Positions 13,201 through 26,514 of a stretch of 64,000 bases of DNA are shown here, in pieces. The notes below the pieces were generated by a model. It was not told the DNA's origin. It did no database searches and saw only the letters and a list, made by a program, of their open reading frames with translations. The position numbers were made by a program, and so were the translations under genes. The stretch comes from Lama glama (taxonomy: Eukaryota), in NCBI GenBank assembly GCA_028534125.1, contig CM052816.1, forward strand, positions 73,658,001 through 73,722,000, in the 5' to 3' direction. Numbering within the stretch: the stretch's first letter is position 1; every line of letters starts with the position of its first letter.

Positions 13201-15018
13201 GACAACGTATTTAACAATATTCAATATCCATTTATGATACAAAAAACTGTTGATAAAATAGGTATAGAAGGGACATACTTCAACATAAAAAAGACTATGC
13301 ATGACAAACCCTCAGCTAACATCATACTCAATGGTGAAAGTTATCCCTCTAAGATCAGGAACAAAACAAGGATGTCAACTCTCACCCTCCACCACTCTTA
13401 TTCACATAGTATTGGAAGTCCTGGCCAGAACAATAAGGCAAGAAAGAGAAAAAGCATCCAAATTGGAAAGAAAGTAAAACTGTCAGTTTTTACAGATATG
13501 ATTTTACAAATAGAAAACCCTAAAGACTCCACCAAAAAAAAATTATTAGAACTAATAAATACAGTAAAGTTGCAGGGTACAAAATCAATATACAAAAACC
13601 TGGATGCTTTATATACCAACATTGAACTATCAGAAAGAAACAAAGAAAAACAATCACATTTACCATTGCAATAAAAAGAATACCTAGGAATAAATATAAC
13701 CAAGGAGGTGAAAAAATGGTGCACTAAAAATTTTCAGACACTACTGAAAGGAATTAAAGACAAAGAGAAATGGGAAAATATTTTGTGCTCAAGGATTGGA
13801 AGAATTAACATTGTTAAAATGTGCACATTACCTAAAGAAATATACAGATCCAATGCAATCTGTATCAAAATCCCAAAACTATTTTTCACAGAAATAGAAC
13901 AAAAATCCTAAAACTTGTATGGAACCACAAAAAGACCCCAAATAGCCAAAGAAATCCTTAAAAAACAAAGCTGGAGATATCACAATCGCCAATTTCAAAT
14001 TATAGTACAAAGCTAGAGTAATCAAACCATCATGGTATTGGCAGAAAAACATACACACAGAGCAGTGGAAGAGAACTGAGAGCCCAGAAATAAACCCACA
14101 CATGTAGGGGCAACTAATTTATAATAACAGAGTCAAGAATATACAACTGAAAATGAAAATTCTCTTCAATAAATGTTGTTGGAAAAACTGGATAGCCACA
14201 TACAAAAGAATGAAACCATCCCACTGCATCATAATGTGCAAAAAAATCAAACCAAAATGGATTAAAGACTTGAATATAGACCTGAAACCATGAAACTCCT
14301 AGACTAACACACAGGTAGTACATTCTTTGACGTCAATCTTAGCAGTATCTTTTTGGATTTGTCTCCTCAGGCAAGGGAAACTAAAGCAAAATAAACAAAT
14401 GGAACTGTATCAAACAAAATTTTCTGCACAGCAAAGGAAACTGTCAGCAAAATGAAAAGACAACCTACTGAGTGCGAGAAGATATTTGCAAATCATATCC
14501 ATAAGGGGTTAATATCCAAAATATATAAATAACTTATACAACTTAAAAAAACAAACAGCCTGATTAAAAAAAAATGGGCAGAAGAACTGAACAGACAATT
14601 TTCCAAAGATATATAGATGTCCAATAGGTACATGAAAAGGTGCTCAACATCACTAATCATCATGGAAATACAAATCAAAACCACAATGAGATATCTCACA
14701 CCTCTTAGAATGACTATTATCAAAAAGATAAGAAGCAGCAAATGTTGGAGAGGATGTGGAGAAAATGAAATCCTTGTATACTGTTAGTGAAAATGTAAAT
14801 TGGTGGAACCACTATTGAAAACAATATAGATATTCCTCAAAAAAAAAAAAAGAATAAAACTCCCATGTGGTCCAGCTATTCTACTTCTGGGTATCCAAAG
14901 AATACAACACTAATTCGAAAAGATACATATTTCCCTATGTCCATTACATTATTTATAGTAACCAAGATATGGAAATAATCTAAGTGCTCATTGATGAATT
15001 AATGAATAAAGATGTAGT

Positions 15019-15043
15019 ACACATACACACACACACACACACA
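15019..15043. repeat. (CA)n microsatellite inside L1
   Basis: CA run read directly, just before ATGGAATACTACTCAGCC. Confidence 0.8.
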
Positions 15044-15929
15044 ATGGAATACTACTCAGCCACAAGATGAAATATCATTTGCTACAACATGAATGAGTTT
15101 TAAGGATACCATGCTAAGTGAAATAAATCAGCCAGAAAGACAAAAACCATATGATTTCACTCATGTGAAATATTAAAAAAAAAATGAACAAACGAAAAAC
15201 AAAGCAAACATGTAGAGAAAACATCAGGGGTTACCAGAGGGGAAGGAGGGAATGGGGAGGGAAAAATGGGTAAAGGGGCTCAACTGTATGATGACAAGCG
15301 GAAACTAGACTTTTGGTAGTATACACAGAAGTCAAATTATAATGCTGTACACATGAAACTTATATCAATCTTATAAACCAGTGCTACCCCAATAAATAAA
15401 ATCTCATTATAATAATCATCGGTGAAAAACTAACCAATTACCATCTTTTTAAGAAAACTTACATATTTCTGCCATACTATACTAGCACTAATTATAGAAT
15501 ATTTTTAAAAACACCATCAGGAGATCAACTATTATGTTGTTTGTATCATTCATCTTACGCTCAATGTTGAATTTATCGGAATTGAATTTAACTTATGATT
15601 ACAGCCAAATATTCACTAATCTGAAATATGTCCTGTGCGATATGAATGTTAAAAAATCCATCTTTTTATAAAGGTTAAGTGGGTTGAAAATCTTTTACTT
15701 GAAAAAAACAACTTTACCTTTTAGAGAACTAGATGTTTATTTGGTAGAAACAATAACTCAATCAATAAATTCGGTATTTATTTGGTAGATATAATTCAAT
15801 AAAATAGCAAAAGATGGTGGGTAAATGACCAGGCAGGCAGTAATATTAAGACATTAATGTGTGAAAGGGAAGGTGGAAAAGAATGAGGGGAAAATACAAA
15901 AAAAAAAAAAAAGAACGAATCAAGATAAG

Positions 15930-16325
15930 GGCAATTAATTTTATGCATCAGCTTGAGTGAGCCATGAGTATGCAGATTTAGCATTGTTCTTTTCTGGATG
16001 AAATTAGCATTCGGAACAATGGATTTGGTAGACGGCCCTCCACAGCATGGCTGAGCATCATCCAACCCACTGAGGGCCTGAATAGAAAAAAAGGTAAAAG
16101 AAGGATATGTGTTCCTTTTTCTGCCTCAAGAACTAACCTAGGACACCTCACCTCAATCTTTCCCCTGCCCTTGGACTGGGATTTAAATTATTGGCTACCC
16201 TGGTTTCCAGGCCTTAGGACTCAGACTGAATCACACTACCAGCTTTCCAGCTTGCAGAGGGCAGGTCATAGGACTCCTCAGCCTCCAGAATGGCATGCTT
16301 TGTTTCCCTAGAGAACCCTAACACA
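15930..16325 (+). mobile_element. ERVL solo LTR (MLT2 family)
   Basis: TTAATTTTATGCATCAGCTTGA...CATCATCCAACCCACTGAGGGCCTGAATAGAA...CTCAGACTGAATCACACTACCAGCTTTCC...TGTTTCCCTAGAGAACCCTAA are MLT2 hallmarks. Confidence 0.85.
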
Positions 16326-17364
16326 GTGAGATCCGTGTGTTGCTCGGTGATCCCTTCCTGTGAACCACCCCTCAGACATGCACACTGCTCACCTCCCACC
16401 ACCCACCCCACACTCCTACCCAAAATGTAAACCTGTAGTAAAAGTCTCCTGAAACTAACCAGGGCTTGATATGACAGAATTTTTTTTTAAACTAAGTTGG
16501 ATAAATGGCTGCCTTTTGCACCCAGGTGAGTGGGCAGACTCAGATGCAGAAGCCAGATGGACAGACAACCTCTGCCTTGAACTCCTCTGCCTCACAATCC
16601 ATCAGTAAGGTACCCAATGAGCTAACCACAGATGCTAGCACAGGCAACACAAAACCCAGCCAAGTCCCCAACTTGGCCCCTTTTTTGCCTCAGGGAATCC
16701 ACTCACTAAGGCTATGCCTCCCCTGCCTCATTTCTCCTAACAAGAAGGGGGGAAAAAAACCCAGAAATATCTAGGGAGGAGGGGACCAGAGACGAAGTGT
16801 AAAAATTGATGAAATTTGTTTTGGGCACTTCTTCCTCACTCAGTGGCATGCCCTCCCTGCCAAACCCCCATGGTCTACATCTCTGTCACTATAGCAGAAT
16901 GGTTTCATCTACTCTCACCTCACTTCCCCCTGGACAATCTTGACCTTTTAGTGCTTGGTGCCTGCAAAAGTGATTTGCCTATGTTAGATTTTGTGATTTT
17001 CTGGAAAATTGTTTTTCCTCCTCTGTTCCAGAATACCTGTGTTCTTGTTCCCTCTTCCCTTAGGCCTGCTTCAGCTGCTTCCAGACAACAGAAAGCCTCC
17101 AGATAGGTGCTGGCTTGCTGCATTGCTGCATGCTGAATCCAATGGAGTGGGAGCCATGTCTCAGACTAACAATGATCCAAAAATTAAATGCTCCCTTCTC
17201 TTCCCGGAAAAAATCATTAAGGTCCTTGTACAGTTTGAATATTCTTAGAATCCCCAGATCCAGACCTTGAAGTTGGCAACTGCAACATTTAGCCATTGGG
17301 GTTCCAGCACCAGTCTAACTTAGCCATGGGGAGAGGTAGCAGGGTGAGATTTATCATCGTGGCA

Positions 17365-17535
17365 GTCACATTTCTAAGCAGCTCACATGCATGAACATCG
17401 ATACAACGGCCCTATAAAGTAGTGCTACTTTGAAGATGGACAAACAAAACTAGAGAACTTTTTTAAGACTCCCACAATATTAAGTGGCAGTAGTGGGATT
17501 TGAAACCCAACAATTTCCCCAAAAGCCAGTGCTGA
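17365..17535 (-). mobile_element. MIR fragment
   Basis: ACAACGGCCCTATAAAGTAG...AAGTGGCAGTAGTGGGATTTGAAACCCA resembles an antisense MIR; highly diverged. Confidence 0.45.
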
Positions 17536-20429
17536 CCCTATTTCCTCATTTTATAGTTTAGATGCCCTAAATATATAAAAATGTGTTAAAATAAATGGCT
17601 ATCTTAAATGTGTTGGATGTGTTTTCAAATACTGGAAGTTACAACATATCTGCATTGTCTTACAAGAGTGTAAGAGCAAAGACTAAAACCCAGTTCTTTT
17701 GGGATCCGTGCTGCTTAATAAATTAAAAATGTGCTAATTGTTTTCATTTTTTTGTCATGGATGTGTCTTTAACTTCTGGCTCATGTGGAGTACACAAGGT
17801 AGATTTGTTTAGTGACTGAATGAATTATGCTTCAATAATTTGATTTCATGTTATTAAATATCTGTAGGAACTTTGAGTTGGCAAACTTGAATCCACTGGA
17901 ATCTGCTCTTTAAGGATGTTCAGCCTGGATAATTTGTTAATCATACTACATGGACATTTGCTCAAAACTTTCAAAGTCCTTGGAAACATGGCATCAAAAA
18001 TGCTAGTGCAGATACTGCAGTCATGTGGCTATCTGAGATGGTGATAAATGAGCTTCTTTAGGTCTCTGATAGAATCAGGGCATACGGTTCTGCCCAGTGA
18101 GAAAAACTGCTATCGTATATGTTCTTTTCTTAACAGCATGGGGCTGCTCGCTACTTAACAGCTCCTTAAAAATGTTTAAGAGAGGACATTAGATCTACTC
18201 CCCCAGATCATGGGGAAGGAAGCCACCTTCTTGGTGCAGAACAAACTCCCACGTGTTGTTTACTCCCCAGTCTCACCATAAACCATGCTGGATTGTTCCT
18301 TTGTCACCCATGAAAACGTGTTACTCACGTACCGTCCTTCCCTGCTCAAGTTTGCATTGCCTTGTAAAGTCCAATTTTCCCTAACTGTATCATGCCATGC
18401 ACTATAAATCACATTTGCATCCCATTTAAAACTTAAACCACAATAGACACTGAAGAACAAAAGGAACCACAGCTTAAGTTTTTTGACAAAACTCCCACAC
18501 ATTGGTAATTGGAAGCACATAAATTTGTATACAATTTCTGCAACTTCTGCCATGCCTTATGCTGCCTGTCTCATGGCTTCCTCCATTCTCAACACTGCCA
18601 CCAAGTCCCCCTAGAAAAGTATGAGGGAAAAAAAAAAAAGACTAACAAAACTTTCTGGGAAGCAATAACATGGGACTGCCTAACAAACTGTATTCTGGAA
18701 TCTGCATTTAACCACCATCGAGCCCCATCTGGCTGGTTGATGTCATAGAAATCCCACTGCTAGAATTCAATATTCTGTTCTAAAACAACAGCTAGTAACT
18801 AGCAGGTTAAGGTACATCTTTGGGTAAACAAGGCCTATTTAAGAAGTTCAAATTATTTTCAGAACTATGAAAGAATGATTTTGCCCCCCAGCTCATATAA
18901 ACAGCTCCCATGAATGGTACGGGGTTTTCTGTATGTGTTTAATTATCCATCAAAATTCCTTAGTTCTAAACTAGACCAAATTCCTTTACAATATGGTTCC
19001 TAAATTTAATTACCATTTAAGGTGCAAATCTAACGGAAAGTGAAAGGCCTTTTATTATGATGCAAAGCAGCTGATTCTGATTTGCTGCTGGAAACGCTTT
19101 TGTCTGTTCTGCACACATAGGTATGTTACACAGCCAATGTACTCTCTACTTCAGAATGACAGGCTAGCTCCTTAATAACTAGAGAAAACTAGCCTTACCT
19201 CCCTTTGAAAATCAATAAGAGGGCAGACCTGATCACTGAAGATCATCATCCTTCAGGCAACAAGAGGATTATTAACACGGGCCAAGTTCTGTGTCTGAAC
19301 AGTCAGAAAAAGTTTAAATAGACAACGGTTTGATACAAGAGGGTGGACAAGTATCTAGCTCGAAATAGTCTGGCAGCAAAAGAAGGATTTTAATTGGATT
19401 ATCAGAGAGCTATTTGTTAAATTTTGGAATGCTGATAAAATTTTAAAAGCCCTCTAATCTGGAGACCTTCAATCATTAAACTTGTTCTTGATTAAGAATC
19501 TGAAAATGAGCCTGTTAAGCCTTCAGCAAAATAGTAAGCCCAATAAAACACTGAAAATAACATGGCCAAGCTACCAGGAAACTCAAACAGCTACTTCTCC
19601 TAGAATCTGCACAACTGGTGGAAATTAAACTAATGCTCAAAAAGAGCCAATGCATCTTGAATGAATTCTGACCTTGGGCAAGTTTTTGAGCCTTGCTTCA
19701 GAGAAAAAAATCAAAAGAAATATTTATACTTGGATAAATCTTTGAAAAGTGCCTATAGAACAATACTTTTTATGCTTCACAGTGAGAAAAGTGATAAAGG
19801 CAAAGGATAAAGTTGATTTAACTCCTAAGCATAGATTCTCAATATTTGAGAAACTGGTTACAAGGGGAAAAAGTCAGGGCCAAGTATAATACGTGTGCAA
19901 AATTGACAACCATCAACATTATATTTGGTTGGTGATTTATAAGACACTCTGCTTATAACCTCCCCCTGTAAGCTCTAACCTTAACTAGTTGGGAACTCGA
20001 TTGTGCGGACCATTGAAGGTGACGTGGATATTTCCATTGCTCCCAAAGTGAAAGATGGCAACACTGAACACTGTTAAATGGTAATGATTATCTACGATTT
20101 TCTTTATTACATACACAATGCTTCTCTTTCTGGTACCTTGATAAGAATTATTACTATTGGCCTAATAGTCACTACCACAGGTAAAAGGCAAGCATTACTA
20201 ATTTTCTTAATATAAGAAGAACCTAACTTTCCCAAGGTTTCCTAGTAAGTTTAGTGTTAAATTTAATAAAAGCCCCATTCTGTCAATATCTAAACTAACC
20301 TCTGTTTGGAACTAGAGGATGTTATTTTAACTCAGACCATCAACATACTATTTAGTAAGCTGTTGCTACAATTACTTGCTGCCAAAAGCAGCTTACAAAG
20401 ATCCATAGGCCTAGAATGGCCTGGGCATA

Positions 20430-20580
20430 CATTTATTCTGTAAATTACTAAGCACCTTACAATACGCCAGGCAGTGTGCTATAAACACTGGGAATACAAT
20501 GGATGATACACAAAGAACCAGTAACTGTGTTCTTGAACTTTCATTTTACTGTGGGAGATGGACAAGGAAATCAGTAAATA
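20430..20580 (-). mobile_element. L2 3' end fragment
   Basis: TTACTAAGCACCTTACAATACGCCAGGCAGTGTGCTATAAACACTGGGAATACA is the antisense L2 3'-terminal motif. Confidence 0.65.
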
Positions 20581-20619
20581 AAATTGTTCCAAACTGCTTT
20601 AAATATATTAGAAGGAGCC

Positions 20620-20812
20620 AAATCTCTACCAGGGCAGTAACAACTCCCCAGCTGGCATCATGGATTGTCAAATGACTTCAGGGACCATTGGCATTTAGCA
20701 CTGGGGCCAAGAATGCTATTCACCTTGCAACATGGGTGTGCAGGGGTAGAAGTCCCACAGAACAAAGATCTGTCATATCCAAAATGCCAGCAGTGCTCCA
20801 CTGAGAAATAAT
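20620..20812. mobile_element. hAT-Charlie MITE remnant (MER20/MER3-like)
   Basis: TGGCATTTAG...GGGGCCAAGAATGCTA...CCCACAGAACAAAGA...CCAAAATGCCAGCAGTGC...TGAGAAA matches the MER20-type 3' half. Confidence 0.6.
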
Positions 20813-23369
20813 ATGCCTGGTTGAATTACCTAACCTAGCACCTCAGTGGATTATTCATACTGTGGGAAAGCTATTGAACTCGGTTATATAAAAGGAGATA
20901 AAAGAAAAAGAAGAGATACTTTCTGCCCCCAGTGAACTTGGTCTACAAGCTAAATTATACAAACTGTCAATAATTAAAGAAGACAAATTAACAAATGTAG
21001 AGCTATGCCATATTAACAAAGCATGTAGTTGGTATAGAAGTTAATAGCTTGAGATTTTGAGAAGAGGGAAAAATTAAGCCGAAATTTAAAAGAGGGCATG
21101 AATCGCCATATATGAGGAGAAAGGGCTTTCCTAAGCAAAGGAAGAAACATGTAAAAACAAAAAGACATCAAGTCCAACTGTTAGGTCATTAACTATCTGT
21201 AAATACAAACTAAAACCAACACAACACGCAAGCACTGAGTTTTCTTGAGTTTATATTTCCTTAATTTTATATTTTAATTTTTACATATATTAAGATGACC
21301 CCCATTTCCAAAGCACCCAAATTATTTGTTCTTCTTACTATTTCACTTTTCCTCATTTTAAAATATTTTCCAGGTACTTTTGACTCTGCTTGTTTAAGGC
21401 CATAAGGCCAGTTAATAGACTTTATTAACTTTCATATAAATGGTCCCCAGGCAGGTTCATATACATATTCTCTGCAATAGATGTCATTGGCAAATGACCA
21501 TAGGAGGCAAATTCTTTCACAGTCATTAAAATTCTTGGGCATTCTAAAAAATGAAAAAAGCAAGTATTTTTTTTTTCTTTTCCAACAGTTGACAGTAGAA
21601 TTAAAACTCACTGATTCTGGAAGAGCACTCAAACACAACAAAAAAGCATTTTTGTGAAATGGTACAAATCTCTCTTCCTTCTTTTCATGGTAAAATCCTC
21701 AGAGCTTTTACACTGAGTCTTTCCTGTGGTTACCCAGTGGAATCCTCTACTGGATAGGATATGCCACATTTCAGTTCACACAATAGGACATGGAGCACTG
21801 GCCAAAAGAATGGGTTTTGGAAGTCCCCCATTATGTGGTCAATCAATGGTTTACGGAAGGAGAGTTCAAAGGTATTTAAATTACATGTAACACAGATGCT
21901 TTAAACCACTAAGATTGCTTAGCAAGCCGCACACACAAAAAAAGATATGTTTGTTACAAACCAGTTTAGAAGTTGATCTGAAAATAATGACACTATACTA
22001 AGAATCTTATGTAAACATTTATTCAAGTTTTATAACTAAGCCAAACTAAGCCAAAACATTTGTGCTTATACATATTAAGGATGGTCAGGTTCTCTAGGAT
22101 TTGCAGGAATTTTTTTCTATCTTTTACTTATTTCTTGAAGATTTTTTTGGAAAGGAAGCTTACATCCAGAGTAATAGGAAAATGGACAAACTTTAAAGAA
22201 TGTATTAAATATTTTCTGGGAGCAAGCTGTGAAAAATTAGAAAACCTAACGAAGCGGAGGCAAGATGGGCTTTTAAAATATAGACATTCAATCACTGGCT
22301 CACTGCCAACTCAAAACCTGGACAGACATCTTGAAACCTTTAAATACCATAATTTTCAGCTGTAAGGAATTCTCTCCATGTTATCAATGTACTGAAAAAA
22401 AAAAGCATTCTTTTTTAGATTTCCAGATCCAAGGTTAAAACGCATATTAGGAGATGTTTATTTGAAAGTATTTTGCTGCTTTCCTATACAGTCCATTTCA
22501 AGTAAGATGAGGTCAAATGGAGTTCAGATGAGCCTGTACCAGAAAATGGTGTGAATGGAGCAAACCCAAAACTTCTTCCCTGATGTGACAAGACATTGTT
22601 ACACAAGAGCTATTTTTCATAAATAGTTTATTAATTTTATTTCACTTGTAACTGTTTATATATTTCATTTGTCCACTAACCAAATTACAAAACAAAGTAA
22701 CTTCAAAAATGTTTTTGATTTAAGGAATTTTAACTCAGCATTGTTTCCATAGCCAAGTGGGCTTTTTGGTCCTATATAAAAGAAAGGATGCCATAACTAT
22801 TGACAACTTTCTTGAATATATTAATTCTGCAGGCACAATTTATTCAGCTTAAAGTGAAGCCAAAATAGGGTCTTCTTTGGTTAGGGATTCAGAAGATTAA
22901 AATTGCCTTCCTTTTTTTTTTTTCCAATCCTGTATAACTCTTGACCCATTCCCTTCATTTTGGCTTAATGGATGAATCAGTAATAATTACAACTATACGG
23001 AACATTTGTACCACAGGTAGCAGCTAATTACAGATTCCAGGATAAGGATAGCAGGCCAAAAAGCTGAAAGATTAAAGGAATCAGGGCAAAGAATGGGCAT
23101 GATGGAGGCCTAAATCCATGTAAGGATTCAAATGATGGAGCTGGATATCTGAAATCAGGTAAGCAGTACAGAGAGAAGGTATATTGGTACCAAGCAGATA
23201 AGCATAAGTCTTTGAAACTTGGGATGACCAGGGACAGAGACTCATCAAACCAAAGAAGATGCCCAGAAGCCCTTAACACAAAGAACAAAGTTAGCAGTAT
23301 GGGATCCAAGAACTGTCTAGAAACCTGGAAAACACTCCTCACACATGCCATTCTGTTGGTTCTATAGAG

Positions 23370-24035
23370 CATATTCAGAATCCACCCTCTATTTACCGCA
23401 TTCATCCTGATCCAAGCCTCTATCATTTCTTGCCTGGATTTTTAACCTTATTCCCCATAGTGTAATCTCAACATTCTTGCTTCTGCTAGAATGCAAGTCA
23501 GCTCGAGTCACTCCTCTGCTCAAAACTCTGCATTGGCATCCAATCTCACTTAGAATCACATCCAAAGTCCTCATGGTAGTGATAAGGCTCTATGTGTTTG
23601 TGCCCCTTGAACACTGGCTCTCTGAATTGTCTGCTTCTTCATGGTCCTCTGATTACTTCACTCCAGGCTGTATCTAGCATGCTCCCACATAGGCTTTTCT
23701 CTACCAATACTCTTGCCTCAGATGAACTTCAAATCTCTCATCTCTTTAGTCTTTGCTCAAAACTTACCTTCTCCACAAGATCTATTTAATACTGAAAACT
23801 TCTCTTACACCGGCTCCTATTACTACCTTTTCTAATTTCAGTTCTTTCCACAGCAAATACCTTCTAATATGCATTACAACCAGCTTATTAATCATGTTTA
23901 TTGTTAATTTTCTATCTCTCCTCACCAGAATGCAAGTACAACGATGGCAGGAAATTGTTCCTGCTAACTGATATCTCATAGGCACCTAGAACAGTGTCTA
24001 GTAGAGAAAAGCTCAATAATTGTTCAGTAAATAAA
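23370..24035 (+). mobile_element. L2 3' fragment
   Basis: GTCACTCCTCTGCTCAAAACTCTGCATTGGC...CACTTAGAAT...TCCAAAGTCCTC through GCACCTAGAACAGTGTCT...GCTCAATAA is the L2 3' end. Confidence 0.85.
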
Positions 24036-25194
24036 AGAAACTACAGCACAAAAATGGTTTTTTTGCATTAAATTGTTCTCATTTATTAGCTTACCTTTTA
24101 ACAAGGTTTTGTAATTATTCATCATGAAAAATCCTTCCCCCAGTCTAGTATGGTGGTAGTACCCTAGATCAAGAGTCTCTCTAGCTTCTGAATCTACTGC
24201 TCCTTGAGCTTGTTTTACTGAGTCATACTCATTCTCCCATTGGAAATCCACATTACAAACACTTGTAATGGTGACAACTAACATTTGTCTAACAATTTAT
24301 AGCTTTTAACACCTTTTTATGCACATGAACTCATTTGATTCAATAAAGAGAAATTCTATTGCCAAAAAGATTTGAGTTTCTTGGTTTAAACAAAATACAT
24401 CTGAATTACGTTTTAGAGATTAAAAACGTAAAAGGTTATTCATCAGTTCATGGCTATTTAGAGAATGTGACATGGTTCCAGTTGCCCACACTTAACATAT
24501 GTTTCTATTTGTATTTTTTATAAAATATTGGTAGGATTAAGTCTCTAGGGCAAATAATAGCATAGTATAAGTAGTTTAATTTTCTTTTCTCGACTGAAAA
24601 TAAGTAATGTTCAGTCTTAGCATTAAGATTACTATTCCTAAATTTCACCTTTTTACTTTTGATTAAATATCAAGTACATGTGGTTGTACCTATTCCTAAG
24701 TCACTTAAGCATTTCATTACAAATGCACATCTAATTAAATTTCCATCTTAAAAAGGATACACTGAGTAAGAGCTATAACTGACACTGTATGTAGACCATA
24801 AAGGAAATATGAATTACTAAATGAACCTTTGATAAAAAGTAAATTCCTCCCCTCCAGGGAAATATAATCCCTTAAACAATTTCTAAGAAACTGTAAGGGC
24901 AGTAGCAAGAGTGGATGAAATTACAAATGAAGCTGCACATGCTCTCTTGTCTATCTCTGGTTAGATCTCTCTCAGGCAGCTGGCTAGCCTCAGCCATTTG
25001 CCCTCAATAGAATTAGTAAGATATAACTGTTGCAGACAACCATGAAAGACATCCCTATTAAGACACTTTTTTTCCATGTGTGCAACTTAACGCAAATAAA
25101 AGACTCATGGTGGAAATCACTAACAATTTAATGTTTTTTAAAATCAATTATTCTCTGAAGATAACTTTTTTTTCCATTTCAAATAAAAGCCTGA

Positions 25195-25620
25195 AAGAGG
25201 AAATGCAGAGGGCTGAGATGTGTTCATACAAACTTACTATCTCACTAGCAGTCAAAGAAATGCAAATCAAAACAGGATACCATTTTCAATCAATTAAATG
25301 ATAATACCCAAAGCTAATCAGACAGGCAAACTTTAGATTGATGATAGAAATCTAAACTAATATAATCTTTCTAGTAAGCTGATTTGCTGCATCAGCTTCA
25401 TAAATGTGTATATTTCAAATTTGGGGACAAATTCTGAAAAATAACCTGGAATTCAGTAAAAATATATATTCTCAAAGATGTTTGTTACAATAGTAGTTGG
25501 AATGGCAAAATCATCCACAAACTATTGTCCAATAATTAATTATTTATGTATACTAAAGTGTATTGGAATGTTATATGGCCATTTAACTTCATGTTCATAG
25601 AGTTTTACATAACTTGAGAA
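25195..25620 (+). mobile_element. Old L1ME-type ORF2-end/3' fragment
   Basis: TCACTAGCAGTCAAAGAAATGCAAATCAAAACA (KEMQIKT) followed by diverged L1 3' motifs. Confidence 0.6.
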
Positions 25621-26514
25621 AGCTAGGACTTCTAGGAAAGACAGCAACAAACTAATAAGGCTTATAGCACCCCCTAACAGAAACTAACAATCTAAGACAA
25701 GAAAATTTTAAGAAAGAAAAAGTAAAAATCATCTCAAGGGGTACTGAAGAATTATGCCAACCATATATTTTAATCTTTGAGCTTTTTTTTTTCCCATATC
25801 TAGCACAAGGTTAACCAAACTATATTCTCAAGAGTAACATAGAACTATAGAAAATGTGGAGGGAAATGTGTCAAATTTCATTAATATGCCCCAATTAGGA
25901 GAGAGAGAGAAAGGATGAAAAGACTGGATGAATAACAGCAGAAACCACAAAGTATATTTGGAAGAGAAAGCAAGGAGTCAAAATGCTCTGAATTTCTTCG
26001 ACATAGCTTCTGAATAGCTGTTCTGACTGCTCCTACAGGCAAGAAACTCAACCCCTAATCTGAAAATGTGTTGTCTGGAGCCCAGGAAGAAAAGATGGAA
26101 GAGGCAGAAAACAGTCTACTTAGACCCACTTACATATTTGATACCAACAATATCAAAAGTAGCTATAAGAGACAAAGTACCTTGACTCACCACTCAAAGC
26201 CTGCGTCGTGGTGGGCTTTTCCCTAAACTGGAATTTATATTACCATGAAAATCTCATGCCAAAAAAAGCAATCACAAACCTTTAATGAAGGCAAACTGTC
26301 TCCTTAAGCCATTGCTTAGTAAAATTCCATGAACTTAGTGGAATCTGTCCATACTACAATGGTTTCAACAATCAAAAAGGATCGATTGTACAGAAACAAA
26401 GATCCCTGGAGTTACTCCTGTGTTCCACACAAATCAGGCAGATGAATGACCACACTGATAAACTGAACCTATACCACCAGCCCTCTAGGGTGTACTTCTA
26501 AGGGGAGGGATCTG

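Larger units (their letters stand above)
9548..15402 (+). mobile_element. Near full-length decayed L1 (5' UTR, ORF1, ORF2, 3' UTR)
   Basis: GC-richer 5' UTR ~9550-10160; ORF1 remnants ~10170-11100. ORF2 remnants: endonuclease GVAILISDK and NIYAPN (11728-11949), MDKFLESYNL (12704), RT-region HINKLKDRNHIIISTDA (13141), [10 protein letters not shown] (13708). The 3' UTR ends in AATAAATAAA. Many stops and frameshifts. Confidence 0.95.

Noticed and set aside
9515..15420. TSD for the long L1
   Set aside because: Only weak similarity (CTCATCATATAA versus CTCATTATAA), and not adjacent to the inferred 5' end.
21432..21545. Minus-strand coding exon after an acceptor-like TTTTTTCATTTTTTAG
   Set aside because: No convincing donor, the frames close within ~40 codons, and the peptides are not recognised.
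22035..22056. Short tandem duplications (ACTAAGCCAA x2; similar ones at ~15736-15790 and ~43552-43575)
   Set aside because: Ordinary slippage-type duplications with no further structure.
23028..23426. 132-aa ORF on the minus strand
   Set aside because: Starts inside an L2 remnant with no recognisable domain or splice support; consistent with chance.
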